A DNA stretch of 53,197 nucleotides, taken from NCBI GenBank assembly GCA_041753195.1, contig JBGSUY010000125.1, positions 1 through 53,197 of the forward strand. The letters run 5' to 3'. The notes beneath the pieces were generated by a model that saw nothing but the letters and a program-made list of their open reading frames with translations, was not told the DNA's origin and searched no databases. Position 1 is the first letter of the stretch. Every line of letters starts with the position of its first letter. This document shows, piece by piece, positions 41,077 to 50,570 of the stretch. Origin of the DNA: Chromatiaceae bacterium (GTDB taxonomy: Bacteria > Pseudomonadota > Gammaproteobacteria > Chromatiales > Chromatiaceae). Position numbers and translations under genes: made by a program.

Positions 41077-41762
41077 ACGCTCCCGCGATCCTCGCCGCAG
41101 CCCGAGCACAAGGTGTATCGGTCACCCTGGTGCCTGGCGGCACCCTCGCCGTGCGCGGCCCTGCTGAGGCTAGGGGCCGCCTCCTCCCTGCGATCCGGGA
41201 GAGCAAGCCCGCACTGGTCGAGGCGCTGACCCCCCACCGCCGCTGGCTGGTCCTGTTCCCCGACTTGCCGCGGGTTGTCGCGGACTTTTGCCCCCCTGCG
41301 ACCCGCGAGCAGGTCATCGGCTGGCATCCCGGGGCCTTGTCCGTGGAGCCGTACCAGCCTACCCCCAGGCCACCTAACACGCCCCTAAGCGACACGGAGG
41401 GGGTCAGGGTGCGCACCTGGCTGGCGTACATCGGCGAGACCGACCCGGCGACCATTAGTGAGGTCTTGGACCGGTGCGAGACCGACCGCGAGGCCCGGGC
41501 CTACTTCCTGGGGCGGGCCGGCGAGGTCCCAGGGGCGGACACCTGGGACGACCGGCGGGCCTGTCGCCAGTGCGTCAACTTGGCCAAGTCCGGGCGCTGC
41601 CTGGCGGCGGGGCGGGGTGAACTGGTAGCGACAGCGAGAGACTACCGCCCACCCCCGGACCGGCTGCACCGATGCGAGGGCTACGTTCCAGGGGCCGACG
41701 ATCCCGACCGGCGACCGGGCTGGCAACGCTGGCGAGGGCTGACTGAACCGAGGACCAACTGA
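41073..41762 (+). CDS. Hypothetical island protein with a TubC_N-like N-terminus and Cys-rich C-terminus
   Basis: ATGA overlap with the primase; ILAAARAQGVSVTL...LAVRGP...LLPAIRESKPALVEAL; DDRRACRQC...GRC...HRC. Confidence 0.75.
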   Translation: MNAPAILAAARAQGVSVTLVPGGTLAVRGPAEARGRLLPAIRESKPALVEALTPHRRWLVLFPDLPRVVADFCPPATREQVIGWHPGALSVEPYQPTPRPPNTPLSDTEGVRVRTWLAYIGETDPATISEVLDRCETDREARAYFLGRAGEVPGADTWDDRRACRQCVNLAKSGRCLAAGRGELVATARDYRPPPDRLHRCEGYVPGADDPDRRPGWQRWRGLTEPRTN

Positions 41763-41881
41763 TGGCACACAAGAAGCAACCGGACTACATCAAGGGCACG
41801 GCGACGCACCGGCGAACCGAGGGCGATTACATGGGCGTCCTGCTCGACACCGTGACCCTGGACGATTGGCGGATGGGGTAG
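41762..41881 (+). pseudogene. Short (39 codon), probably truncated gene
   Basis: TGATG overlap with the upstream gene; MAHKKQPDYIKGTATHRRTEGDYMGVLLDTVTLDDWR then an abrupt stop where the next gene's N-terminus begins. Confidence 0.5.
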
Positions 41882-42528
41882 CGGGCGGGGGCAAACCGGC
41901 AAGAACCTGACGGGCGACTGCCGTTCCCTGGATGTGCGGCGGATGCAACGCGATGGCCTTTTGACACCGGGCCGTGCCTTCGGCTTGAACTGGACCCGCA
42001 ACGGCGAAACCTTGGCATCTATCCAAGTTTGGACGGCCGCGGACTGGCTGATCCTGAACTATCAATGGCGGAGCGGGGGCGGGGACTGGCGGCCGGTGGA
42101 GTATCCGGTGCAGTTGGCTCGGACACCCTGCACCTATGGCGGGGCGCGACCCTGGTTCATCTGTCCGGCGGTGGGCCTGCGGGCGGCGCGTGGCCCTGCT
42201 CTATCTCGGAGGGTCGGGGATCTTCGCCTGCCGGCACTGCTGCCAACTGGCCTATGCCTGCCAGCGGGAAAGCGCCGATGACCGGGCGACCCGACGAGCG
42301 GACAAGATTCGGGAACGGCTGGGCTGGGAGCCGGGCATTCTGAACGGGGAAGGCTGGAAGCCCACGGGGATGCACTGGCGCACCTTCGACCGGCTGAAGG
42401 CCCAGCACGATGCCTTCGTTGGGGTGTCGCTGGCGTGGATGGCGGCACGGCTCCGCTTGCTGGAGCGGCGCGGAGTGGATGACCCGGAGCTTTGCCGCCT
42501 GCTGGGTGATCTGCGCACAGTGGAGTAA
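41865..42528 (+). pseudogene. Frameshifted Zn-finger-like hypothetical gene
   Basis: Frame 1 reads (I)GGWGSGR...RSLDVRRMQRDGLL...WFICPAVG; after one extra C at 42176/42177 it continues CGRRVALLY...FACRHC..LAY.CQ...KP.GMHWRTF; ATT occupies the expected start position. Confidence 0.75.
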
Positions 42529-42674
42529 GTCGGCTATACCGTATCGGGGAGTCTGGTTCTCGCTGGGCCGAGGCGCAGGCGCGGAGTGGGGGTATGTTCC
42601 GGCCGGCCGATAAAAATGGTCAGGGCGGTCTCCTCTGGCCATAATCCACGCCGGGGTTACGCAAAGGGGGCCGC

Positions 42675-45491
42675 ATGACAGAAGAAGAAATCCGCCACTA
42701 CCTGCATCGCAGCAAGCGGCTCAACAACCCACAGGTGGGGCTGGTCACGCCCCAGACCGACGCCCACGAGGAACGGGCCACCTACGCCTACGACCCCCAC
42801 ATCGCCCCCGCCCTGCAATTCGACTCCGCCCGCGCCACGGTGGAGAGGCTCATCGACGACGCCCTGGCTGATGGTCGCCCGGAGGCGCTGCGTGCAGCCT
42901 TGGAGCAACTGAAGGAGGCCGGCGGGCCTTTCCTGGAGTGGACCGGCAAAGCCGAGCGCACCAGCTTCGACGTGCCCACGGTGAGCCTGCACGTGCATGA
43001 GCGCCTGGACCCCGCCACCTTGCTGGAGGCGGCCCGGCGCCCGGACGCGCCCTTCCAGACCCAGGGCGACCTGTTCGAGAACCCCTTCACCGAAAGACCC
43101 CTGCGCGAGGAGATCGACTTCTACAAGCATGAGCGGGGCTGGGCCAACCGGATCGTGGCCGGGGATTCCCTGCTGGTGATGAACTCCCTGCTGGCCAAGG
43201 AGGGCATGGCCGGCAAGGTGCAGATGATCTACATCGACCCGCCCTATGGCATCAAATACCGCCGCAATTTCCAACCCTTCGTGAACAAGCCGAAAGTGAA
43301 GGACGGCGACGGCGACGACGACCTGACCCGGGAACCGGAGCAGATCCGCGCCTTCCGGGACACCTGGCAACTGGGCATCCACTCCTACCTGACCTATCTC
43401 CGGGACCGGCTGTGGCTGGCCAAGAACCTGCTGGCGGAGTCAGGCAGCGTGTTCGTTCAGATCTCGGATGAGAACGTACACTTGGTGCGCAGTCTGATGG
43501 ATGATGTCTTGGGCGGAGAAAATTTTCTCGGGCAAATAGTTATTCAAAAGACAGGAGGATTTACAAAGAAAACTCTGTCGCTGATTGAGGACTATGTAAT
43601 CTGGTATGCCAAAGACAGGAAAGCAATAAAATACCGTGATCTTCGTGAACATGCGTCATTCCCACAGGCGGGCGACAAGTATTACAGAAGGATCTTACTC
43701 AAAGACGGAAGCTGGCGGTTCTTGAGTTCTGAGGAGGCCAAAGATCCCTCCCTGACTGGAGAAATTGGTCGTATATTTCGCCATGGTCCCTTGAACTCTG
43801 ATGGCCCGTCTAGCAACCCGAAGCCGTTTGTTTTTCAAGGTAAGGCATTCCATTGCAACGCAGGAAGACACTGGACCGTTGACCCTGAGACTGACTTGCC
43901 TCGTGTTGCAAAGTCAGGCCATGTATTCCAGATTGGGAACGACGTGGCTTTCAAACTCTTCTGGGATTTCAATCCTGCCAAGTCATTAAGCAATATTTGG
44001 CTCGACACTCAATCCGGTGGATTCAATTCGGAAAAGGTGTATGTAGTTCAAACGACAAATAAGGTCATTGAACGCTGCCTTTTGATGACCACCGACCCCG
44101 GTGACCTGGTGTTGGACCCTACCTGCGGTTCTGGCACCACGGCCTACGTGGCGGAGAAGTGGGGCCGGCGCTGGATCACCTGCGATACGTCCCGGGTGGC
44201 CGTCACCCTGGCCCGGCAGCGGCTGATGACCGCCAGCTTCGACTACTACCCCCTGAAGTACCCCCAGGAGGGCCTGAAGGCCGGCTTCGTCTACAAGACC
44301 GTGCCCCACGTCACCCCGAAGTCCATTGCCAACAATCCGGATATCGACGAGATCTGGGAGCGTATGCACCCGGCGGTGGAAGCGGCGCTGAAGGCCCTGA
44401 ACCAGGCCACGAAGCAGGACCTGAAGGAATGGGCGGTGCCCTTCAACCTGCCCGAGGACTGGCCGGCCAAGGCGAAGGAACCCTTCGAGACCTACCATGC
44501 CGCCCGCCGGGCCATGCAGGCCCAGATGGACGCCGCCATCGCCCGCAACGCGGATCAGGAGACCCTGTACGACCAGCCCCAGGTGGACCGCAAGAAGGTG
44601 CGGGTGACCGGCCCCTTCACGGTGGAGGCGGTACCCTTCCCAACAGTGTTGGGCTTGGAGGAGGCGGGCCAGGTGCCGGAGGCCACCGAGGCGGTGGCGC
44701 GCAGCGGCGAATCGGGCCGGCAGCACCAGTGGCGGGACGAGTTGTTGGCCGCCGGCATCCGGGGCAAGGGTGGGCAGCGCCTGAGCTTCGCGGAACTAGA
44801 ACCCTGCCCGGGCCGCTGGCTGCATGCGGTGGGCACGCTCAAGGACAGCGGCGAGCGGGCGGCGGTGTCCTTTGGACCGGAGTTTGCCGCCCTGGAACAA
44901 CGTCAGGTGGCCCTGGCCATCGACGAGGCCATGAACCTCAAGCCCAGCCCCAAGTGGCTGGTGTTCGCTGCCTTTAGCTTCGATCCGGAGGCGGCCAAGG
45001 ACATCGACGAGACCAACTGGCCCGGGGTGACCCTGATCAAGGCCCAGATGAACGCCGAACTGCTAACCGAGGACCTGAAGAAGAAACGGGCCAGCAATGA
45101 TTCCTTCTGGCTCATGGGCCAGCCGGAGATCGAGCCCACCAGGCTCAAGGACGGCACCTGGACAGTGAAGGTGCTGGGCTTCGACTACTTCGACCTGGAG
45201 AAGGGCGAGATCTGCTCCGGCGGTGCCCACAACATCGCCGTCTGGCTGTTGGACACGGACTACGATGGGCGGTCCCTGTACCCAAGCCAGGTGTTCTTCC
45301 CGCTGGCCGGGGAGAAGGACGGCTGGAACCGCCTGGCCCGTAACCTGCGCGCCACCCTGGACCCGGAGCGCATCGGCGCCTGGCACGGCACCGAGTCACT
45401 GCCCTTCAAGCCGGGCAAGTACAAGCGCATTGCGGTGAAGATCGTCGATGACCGGGGGATCGAGTCCCTGGTGGTGCGGGGGCTGGACTGA
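42675..45491 (+). CDS. mod: Type III R-M-like DNA amino-methyltransferase (Mod subunit)
   Basis: IYIDPPYG catalytic motif, YLTYLRDRL, GSVFVQISDEN, central variable region, VLDPTCGSGTT SAM-binding motif (beta-class order), C-terminal IAVKIVDDRG.E. Confidence 0.9.
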   Translation: MTEEEIRHYLHRSKRLNNPQVGLVTPQTDAHEERATYAYDPHIAPALQFDSARATVERLIDDALADGRPEALRAALEQLKEAGGPFLEWTGKAERTSFDVPTVSLHVHERLDPATLLEAARRPDAPFQTQGDLFENPFTERPLREEIDFYKHERGWANRIVAGDSLLVMNSLLAKEGMAGKVQMIYIDPPYGIKYRRNFQPFVNKPKVKDGDGDDDLTREPEQIRAFRDTWQLGIHSYLTYLRDRLWLAKNLLAESGSVFVQISDENVHLVRSLMDDVLGGENFLGQIVIQKTGGFTKKTLSLIEDYVIWYAKDRKAIKYRDLREHASFPQAGDKYYRRILLKDGSWRFLSSEEAKDPSLTGEIGRIFRHGPLNSDGPSSNPKPFVFQGKAFHCNAGRHWTVDPETDLPRVAKSGHVFQIGNDVAFKLFWDFNPAKSLSNIWLDTQSGGFNSEKVYVVQTTNKVIERCLLMTTDPGDLVLDPTCGSGTTAYVAEKWGRRWITCDTSRVAVTLARQRLMTASFDYYPLKYPQEGLKAGFVYKTVPHVTPKSIANNPDIDEIWERMHPAVEAALKALNQATKQDLKEWAVPFNLPEDWPAKAKEPFETYHAARRAMQAQMDAAIARNADQETLYDQPQVDRKKVRVTGPFTVEAVPFPTVLGLEEAGQVPEATEAVARSGESGRQHQWRDELLAAGIRGKGGQRLSFAELEPCPGRWLHAVGTLKDSGERAAVSFGPEFAALEQRQVALAIDEAMNLKPSPKWLVFAAFSFDPEAAKDIDETNWPGVTLIKAQMNAELLTEDLKKKRASNDSFWLMGQPEIEPTRLKDGTWTVKVLGFDYFDLEKGEICSGGAHNIAVWLLDTDYDGRSLYPSQVFFPLAGEKDGWNRLARNLRATLDPERIGAWHGTESLPFKPGKYKRIAVKIVDDRGIESLVVRGLD

Positions 45492-48325
45492 TGGGCCAGG
45501 CCGGCGCCGGGATTGACCGGCTGATTGTCAACCAGCCTTATGACGTGCCGCAATGTCATTGGCAGGAGGTGGACCGGAACCGCTTCGAGTTGGTGGAGGG
45601 GCGACGCCCAGCGGGCTACTACATCACCGACACCCGGGCCAACACCAACCGCTTCGTGCCGCTGCCGGAAGTGGAGAAGATCCGTACCCGGTTGGGCGAG
45701 TGGCGAGCTTCGGATTATGCCGGTGTGACCACGGTAACCCGGCGGCTGCTGGAGCATTGGCATGACCGGTCCCAGCGGCAATTCCCCTTCTACTTCTGCC
45801 AACTGGAGGCCATCGAGACCCTGATTTGGTGGGTGGAGGCGCCTGGAACCTACCGCCAGGGCATCCGTATCGAAGGGGACGGCGGTGCCTGGGAGCGGCT
45901 GTGCAACAAGATGGCTACCGGCTCCGGCAAGACCATGGTGATGGGCATGATCATCGCCTGGCAGGCACTGAACGCACTGATCTACCCGCACCGGCGGGAG
46001 TTTTCCAAGGCCGTGCTGGTGATGACGCCGGGCCTGACGGTGAAGGAACGCTTGCAGGTGCTGCACCCCGGACACCCCCAGAACGTCTACGACGCCTTCG
46101 AGATCGTGCCAATGGCCTACCGGGAGCGGCTTAACGCCCCGAACACGGTCATCGTCATTGAGAATTGGCACACCCTGATGCCCCGCAAGCCCCCGGAGCG
46201 TTCCGTAAAGAAGCTAGGGCCGGAGAGCGACGAGGCTTACACCCGGCGGGTGTTGAGCGGCTATACCTACCTCAAGGACTGGATCGTCATCAACGACGAG
46301 GCCCACCATGCCTACCGCATCCCGGCGGAGCTGAAGGACAAGCGCCCCACCGGGGTGAGCAAGGAGGATCTGGAAGAGGCCACCCGCTGGATCGAGGGCC
46401 TGGACCGGCTGCACAAGACGCGACGCCTGAAGCGCTGCTTCGACCTGTCTGCCACGCCCTTTGCGCCCACCGGCAAGAAGGCCACAGAAGAGGCCCTGTA
46501 CCCCTGGATCGTGTCCGACTTCAGCTTGAACGATGCCATCGAGTCGGGGTTGGTGAAGACGCCCAGGGTGGTGGTGCGGGACGATGCGATACCGGTGAAG
46601 TGGAAGGGGCATGACTACCGGCCCCGGCTGTATCACCTGTACGTGGACAGGGATGTAAAAGGCGACTTGAACCGCCGGGCTGAACCCCATGAACCTCTGC
46701 CGGAGCTGGTACAGATCGGCTACACGTTGCTGGGTGCGGATTGGCGCCGAACGCTGGAGGCGTGGCAAAAGAACGGTAGCGCCGTGCCGCCCGCCATGCT
46801 GACGGTGTGCAACCGCATCGAGACAGCCAAGCGGATCGAGCATTTCTTCCTCAAGGGCGATTGCCTGATCCCCGAGCTGAACACCGGTAGCCAGATGTTG
46901 CGCGTGGATTCGGCCATGCTGGAGAAGGCCGAGCTGGGGGAACAAGCGAAGAAGGACCAAGCCTATGAGGCAAGGCTGACGGAAATCGTGGAGCATGCGG
47001 GCATGAACCCGATGCGCACGGAACACTATCTAGGACTCAAGAAAGAGGAACTGCTGCGGGCCATCGTGGACAACGTGGGCAAGGCGGGCACGCCGGGGCA
47101 GCGCATGCAGAATGTCGTGTCCGTGGCCATGCTGTCGGAGGGCTGGGACGCCAAGAACGTGACCCATATCCTGGGCCTGCGGGCCTTCACCAGCCAGTTG
47201 CTGTGTGAGCAGGTGGTGGGCCGGGGCCTGCGCCGCACCCATTTCGACATGGATGACGAGGGCCGCTTCCTACCCGAGTACGTGAACGTGTTCGGCGTGC
47301 CCTTCACCTTCCTGCCCCATGAGGGTGATGGGGAACCTCCGCCCCCACCCAAGAAGACGACTCAAGTGGAGGTGTTGTCCGAGCGGGCCGAGTTTGAGAT
47401 TACCTGGCCCAATGTGGTGCGGGTCGAATCGGTGCTGAAGACCACGCTGGACGTGGACTGGAAGGCCATCGCGCCCTTGCAACTGAAGCCGGAACTCACG
47501 CCCACGGCGGCGGAAATGGCGCCCACCCTGGCGGGCATCCAGGACGTGACCAAGGTCAGCATGATCGACCTGACCCAGCACGCGGAGCGGTTCCGCATGC
47601 AGCACCTGGTGTTTCACGCCAGCCGCAAGGCGTATGAGCGGCTCTATGGTGACAAGGGCGGGCGGCGGCCCGAACGGGTGTTGCAGGTCATCCGTATCGT
47701 GGAGCAGTTCTTGGCTTCCGACCTGATCCACGTGGCCAGCCTCTTCCACCAGGAACCCCTGCGCAAGCGCATCCTCCTGGCCATGGCGATTGACCGGGTG
47801 GTGGAGCATATCTGCCACTACCTGTGCGAGGCGAACACGGAGCGGCTGGAACCGGTGTTCGACCCGGACTATCCCCTGGGATCCACCGGCCGCATGCGTA
47901 CCTGGTACACCAGCAAGCCGTGCTGGCCCACTACCAAGTCGCACATCAGCCATGCGGTGTTCGACAACAGCTCCTGGGAGGCCAAGGCCCTATATGACCT
48001 GGACCACAGCGACCTGGTGCTGGCCTACGTCAAGAACGACCACCTGAATTTCTGGGTGCTGTACCTGCACAACGGGGCGGTCCGGAAATACTTCCCGGAC
48101 TACCTGATCCGGCTCGTGAACGGCAAGATCCTGGTCTTGGAGATTAAGGGCCAGCCCAACGACGAGAGCAAGGCCAAGCACGCCGCCCTGGCCCAGTGGG
48201 TGGAAGCGGTGAACCAGAAGGGCGGCTTCGGGATTTGGTGCGGGGATGTGGCCTACAAGGCGGCGGAATTCCAGGATGTGCTGAGCAGGCACGGTGCCAA
48301 CGGGGTGGCTAGCCACCATGTTTAA
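45491..48325 (+). CDS. res: Type III R-M-like restriction subunit (SF2 helicase-like ATPase plus PD-(D/E)xK nuclease)
   Basis: YFCQLEAIET, KMATGSGKT, INDEAHH, LSATP, MLSEGWD, EQVVGRGLRR, C-terminal YFPDYL...VLEIKG; TGATG overlap with mod. Confidence 0.9.
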   Translation: MGQAGAGIDRLIVNQPYDVPQCHWQEVDRNRFELVEGRRPAGYYITDTRANTNRFVPLPEVEKIRTRLGEWRASDYAGVTTVTRRLLEHWHDRSQRQFPFYFCQLEAIETLIWWVEAPGTYRQGIRIEGDGGAWERLCNKMATGSGKTMVMGMIIAWQALNALIYPHRREFSKAVLVMTPGLTVKERLQVLHPGHPQNVYDAFEIVPMAYRERLNAPNTVIVIENWHTLMPRKPPERSVKKLGPESDEAYTRRVLSGYTYLKDWIVINDEAHHAYRIPAELKDKRPTGVSKEDLEEATRWIEGLDRLHKTRRLKRCFDLSATPFAPTGKKATEEALYPWIVSDFSLNDAIESGLVKTPRVVVRDDAIPVKWKGHDYRPRLYHLYVDRDVKGDLNRRAEPHEPLPELVQIGYTLLGADWRRTLEAWQKNGSAVPPAMLTVCNRIETAKRIEHFFLKGDCLIPELNTGSQMLRVDSAMLEKAELGEQAKKDQAYEARLTEIVEHAGMNPMRTEHYLGLKKEELLRAIVDNVGKAGTPGQRMQNVVSVAMLSEGWDAKNVTHILGLRAFTSQLLCEQVVGRGLRRTHFDMDDEGRFLPEYVNVFGVPFTFLPHEGDGEPPPPPKKTTQVEVLSERAEFEITWPNVVRVESVLKTTLDVDWKAIAPLQLKPELTPTAAEMAPTLAGIQDVTKVSMIDLTQHAERFRMQHLVFHASRKAYERLYGDKGGRRPERVLQVIRIVEQFLASDLIHVASLFHQEPLRKRILLAMAIDRVVEHICHYLCEANTERLEPVFDPDYPLGSTGRMRTWYTSKPCWPTTKSHISHAVFDNSSWEAKALYDLDHSDLVLAYVKNDHLNFWVLYLHNGAVRKYFPDYLIRLVNGKILVLEIKGQPNDESKAKHAALAQWVEAVNQKGGFGIWCGDVAYKAAEFQDVLSRHGANGVASHHV

Positions 48326-48446
48326 GGCGTCCGGGCTCGAATCTGCGTCCTCTGCGTTGTTCAAGGACCTCAGTCCCTGGTCCGTTCGAGACTGGAGTGG
48401 GCGGGATAGATTTCAGTCGCTAGGTGAGATCGCCGCCGGTGTCTGA
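48318..48446 (+). CDS. Possible 42-codon bridging ORF or gene remnant between res and darT
   Basis: [42 protein letters not shown]; overlaps the res stop by 8 nt and the darT GTG (48439) by 8 nt. Confidence 0.3.
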   Translation: MFKASGLESASSALFKDLSPWSVRDWSGRDRFQSLGEIAAGV

Positions 48447-49080
48447 CAAGCTAAACGCCAAGAAGGCGTTGATCTTCCGCATTGTTCACCGGGATAACGT
48501 GCCGTGGATATTCGAGCATGGCATGTACTGCCGGAGTTCTCCTATGCAGGCCCCCTTCTACCGCACCATAGGCAATCCCGACCTAATCGACAAGCGTCAG
48601 CATCGATCTGTACCGATCCCGCCCGGCGGGACCCTGAGCGACTATGTGCCGTTTTATTTCACGCCGTTCACACCTATGATGCTAAACATCAAGACTGGCT
48701 ACGGCGGGATCACGAAAGTACCGAACGAGGACATCATTATTTTCGTCTCCGGCCTGCCCCGATTGATCGAGCTCGGCGTTACCTTCGTCTTCTCAGACCG
48801 GCACGCCTACCTTCAGGCAGCGAGCTTCTATAGCACCTTGGCGGACTTGGCAAATATCGAATGGGATCTGTTGCAAAGACAGGATTTCAAGCGCGATCCG
48901 GATGACCCGGAGAAAATCGAACGGTATCAGGCCGAAGCCCTTGTCCACCAGCACGTGCCGCTGGAGGCATTTCTGGGGGCAGTTTGCTATACTGAATCAA
49001 TGAAAAGCATGCTAAATCAAATTGTTATCAGCCGTGGTTTGAATTTCCAAGTCGCCAGAAAGACTGGGTGGTATTTCTGA
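48439..49080 (+). CDS. darT: DarT ssDNA ADP-ribosyltransferase toxin (DUF4433)
   Basis: [44 protein letters not shown], catalytic YQAEALVH; alternative start 48424. Confidence 0.9.
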   Translation: MSDKLNAKKALIFRIVHRDNVPWIFEHGMYCRSSPMQAPFYRTIGNPDLIDKRQHRSVPIPPGGTLSDYVPFYFTPFTPMMLNIKTGYGGITKVPNEDIIIFVSGLPRLIELGVTFVFSDRHAYLQAASFYSTLADLANIEWDLLQRQDFKRDPDDPEKIERYQAEALVHQHVPLEAFLGAVCYTESMKSMLNQIVISRGLNFQVARKTGWYF

Positions 49081-50177
49081 TGATTCGCTACACGCAAGGA
49101 AATCTTTTGGATGCGGAAGTGGAGGCGGTAGTGAACACCGTCAACACCGTAGGGGTGATGGGCAAGGGTATCGCCCTGATGTTCAAAGAGGCATTTCCCG
49201 AGAACAATCGACTCTACGTGGCCGCTTGCAAAGCGAAGGAGGTCCGCGTCGGACACATGTTCGTGACTGAACGGCAAGAATTGATGGGGCCACGGTGGAT
49301 CGTGAACTTCCCCACCAAGCAACACTGGCGGCACCCGACCAAGCTGGAGTGGGTAGTGGATGGTCTCAACGACCTGCGCAGCATCATCCGTGAGAAGGCC
49401 ATTAAGTCCATCGCCGTTCCTCCGCTGGGTTGCGGAAACGGGGGGTTGGAGTGGTCCGTGGTGCGGGCGGCAATCACGGCAGCCCTCGGGGATGTGGAAG
49501 GTGTGGACATCATCGTCTACGAGCCAACGTCCAAGTACCAGAACGTAGCCAAGCGGACAGGGGTGCAGGAACTCACACCAGCCCGCGCCCTGATTGCTGA
49601 ACTGGTACGGCGGTACTGGGTGCTGGGGATCGAATGCACACTTCTGGAAATCCAGAAGCTGGCTTGGTTCCTGGAGCGAAGCATCGAACGGCTGAGTCCG
49701 GACAACCCCCTAGACCTGCGTTTCAAGGCGAATAAGTATGGACCCTATGCCAACCGGCTGGACCACCTGCTAAATGCCCTGGACGGCAACTATCTGCACT
49801 GCGACAAGCGCCTGGCGGATGCCGGTCCGATGGACATCATCTGGTTCGATGAGGACCGCAAGGTCTTCGTCCAGACCTATCTGAAAGGGCAGGACGCCAA
49901 GCCCTACCTGACCGCCCTGGAAGCGACGGCGGATGTGATCGATGGCTTCGAGTCACCGCTGGGCATGGAACTGCTGGCCACGGTGGACTGGCTGATGTTC
50001 AAGGAGGGATGCGACCCAACGGTGACGGACATCAAGAGCTGTCTCGGGAAGTGGCCCGGTGGTGCCCGGGCCGGCGAGCGCAAGCTGAAGCTGTTCAACG
50101 ACCGGCTGATTGGGCTGGCACTGGAGCGGCTGGTACCCTTTCAATCAGCGGCGATGCCACAAGCTGCGGCGCCCTGA
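49080..50177 (+). CDS. darG: DarG antitoxin, macrodomain ADP-ribosylglycohydrolase (DarTG2-type)
   Basis: [55 protein letters not shown]-terminal [33 protein letters not shown] overlap with darT. Confidence 0.93.
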   Translation: MIRYTQGNLLDAEVEAVVNTVNTVGVMGKGIALMFKEAFPENNRLYVAACKAKEVRVGHMFVTERQELMGPRWIVNFPTKQHWRHPTKLEWVVDGLNDLRSIIREKAIKSIAVPPLGCGNGGLEWSVVRAAITAALGDVEGVDIIVYEPTSKYQNVAKRTGVQELTPARALIAELVRRYWVLGIECTLLEIQKLAWFLERSIERLSPDNPLDLRFKANKYGPYANRLDHLLNALDGNYLHCDKRLADAGPMDIIWFDEDRKVFVQTYLKGQDAKPYLTALEATADVIDGFESPLGMELLATVDWLMFKEGCDPTVTDIKSCLGKWPGGARAGERKLKLFNDRLIGLALERLVPFQSAAMPQAAAP

Positions 50178-50456
50178 GACGGCAGATCGCATTGACCGGT
50201 TCTGCGAAGCCCCGCTTCCGTGAGCGGTTGGGGTTGCGCAAGCGGCGCCTTGTAGGGCGCGTTTCAGGGGCAGCCTCCGCCCAACAGACCCCCCCGCCGT
50301 GTGCGGCCATGCGCGACGTGACGCACGGCAACCCACCACCAGCTTTGCGCCCGCCTACCGACCCCCACGAAAGCGCCCCCCGTGACCGCCGCCCCGGGGC
50401 AGCCGGACCTTTCGCATTGGGAAACGGCGCCCGCGACCGAGACCTGACCCGGGGCT

Positions 50457-50501
50457 TGTTCCGGGGTAATCCGCGAGGTTTGTTCCCATATTTGTTCCCA
50501 T
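50457..50501 (+). repeat. Candidate integrase arm-type sites, right end
   Basis: TTTGTTCCCAT twice (50479, 50491; 12-bp period, as in the left-end pair), plus TGTTCCG at 50457. Confidence 0.75.
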
Positions 50502-50557
50502 CTCCAGGAATTTAAATAGGAATTACGTTTTCGGTCAGACACTTACTCGTATTCGCC

Positions 50558-50570
50558 GCTTCTGTATTGG
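50558..50570 (+). repeat. attR core
   Basis: TATTCGC-C-GCTTCTGTATTGG (50550-50570) duplicates the mnmE 3' end. Confidence 0.88.

Larger units (their letters stand above)
35164..50570. mobile_element. ~15.4 kb integrative, phage-satellite-like defence island in the 3' end of mnmE
   Basis: 13-bp direct repeat GCTTCTGTATTGG at both ends, P4-type integrase next to attL, AlpA, primase-helicase, R-M and DarTG cargo; housekeeping-type genes resume after 50570. Confidence 0.92.

Noticed and set aside
42675..43300. Phase-variable mod (phasevarion)
   Set aside because: No simple sequence repeat tract seen in the 5' coding region or promoter.
50178..50456. ORFs between darG and attR
   Set aside because: No RBS or recognisable motif, and low-complexity translations; treated as non-coding island end.
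35164..50570. Calling the island a prophage, an ICE or SGI1 itself
   Set aside because: No virion, lysis, T4SS, relaxase or integron genes recognised; only the integration target is shared with SGI1.
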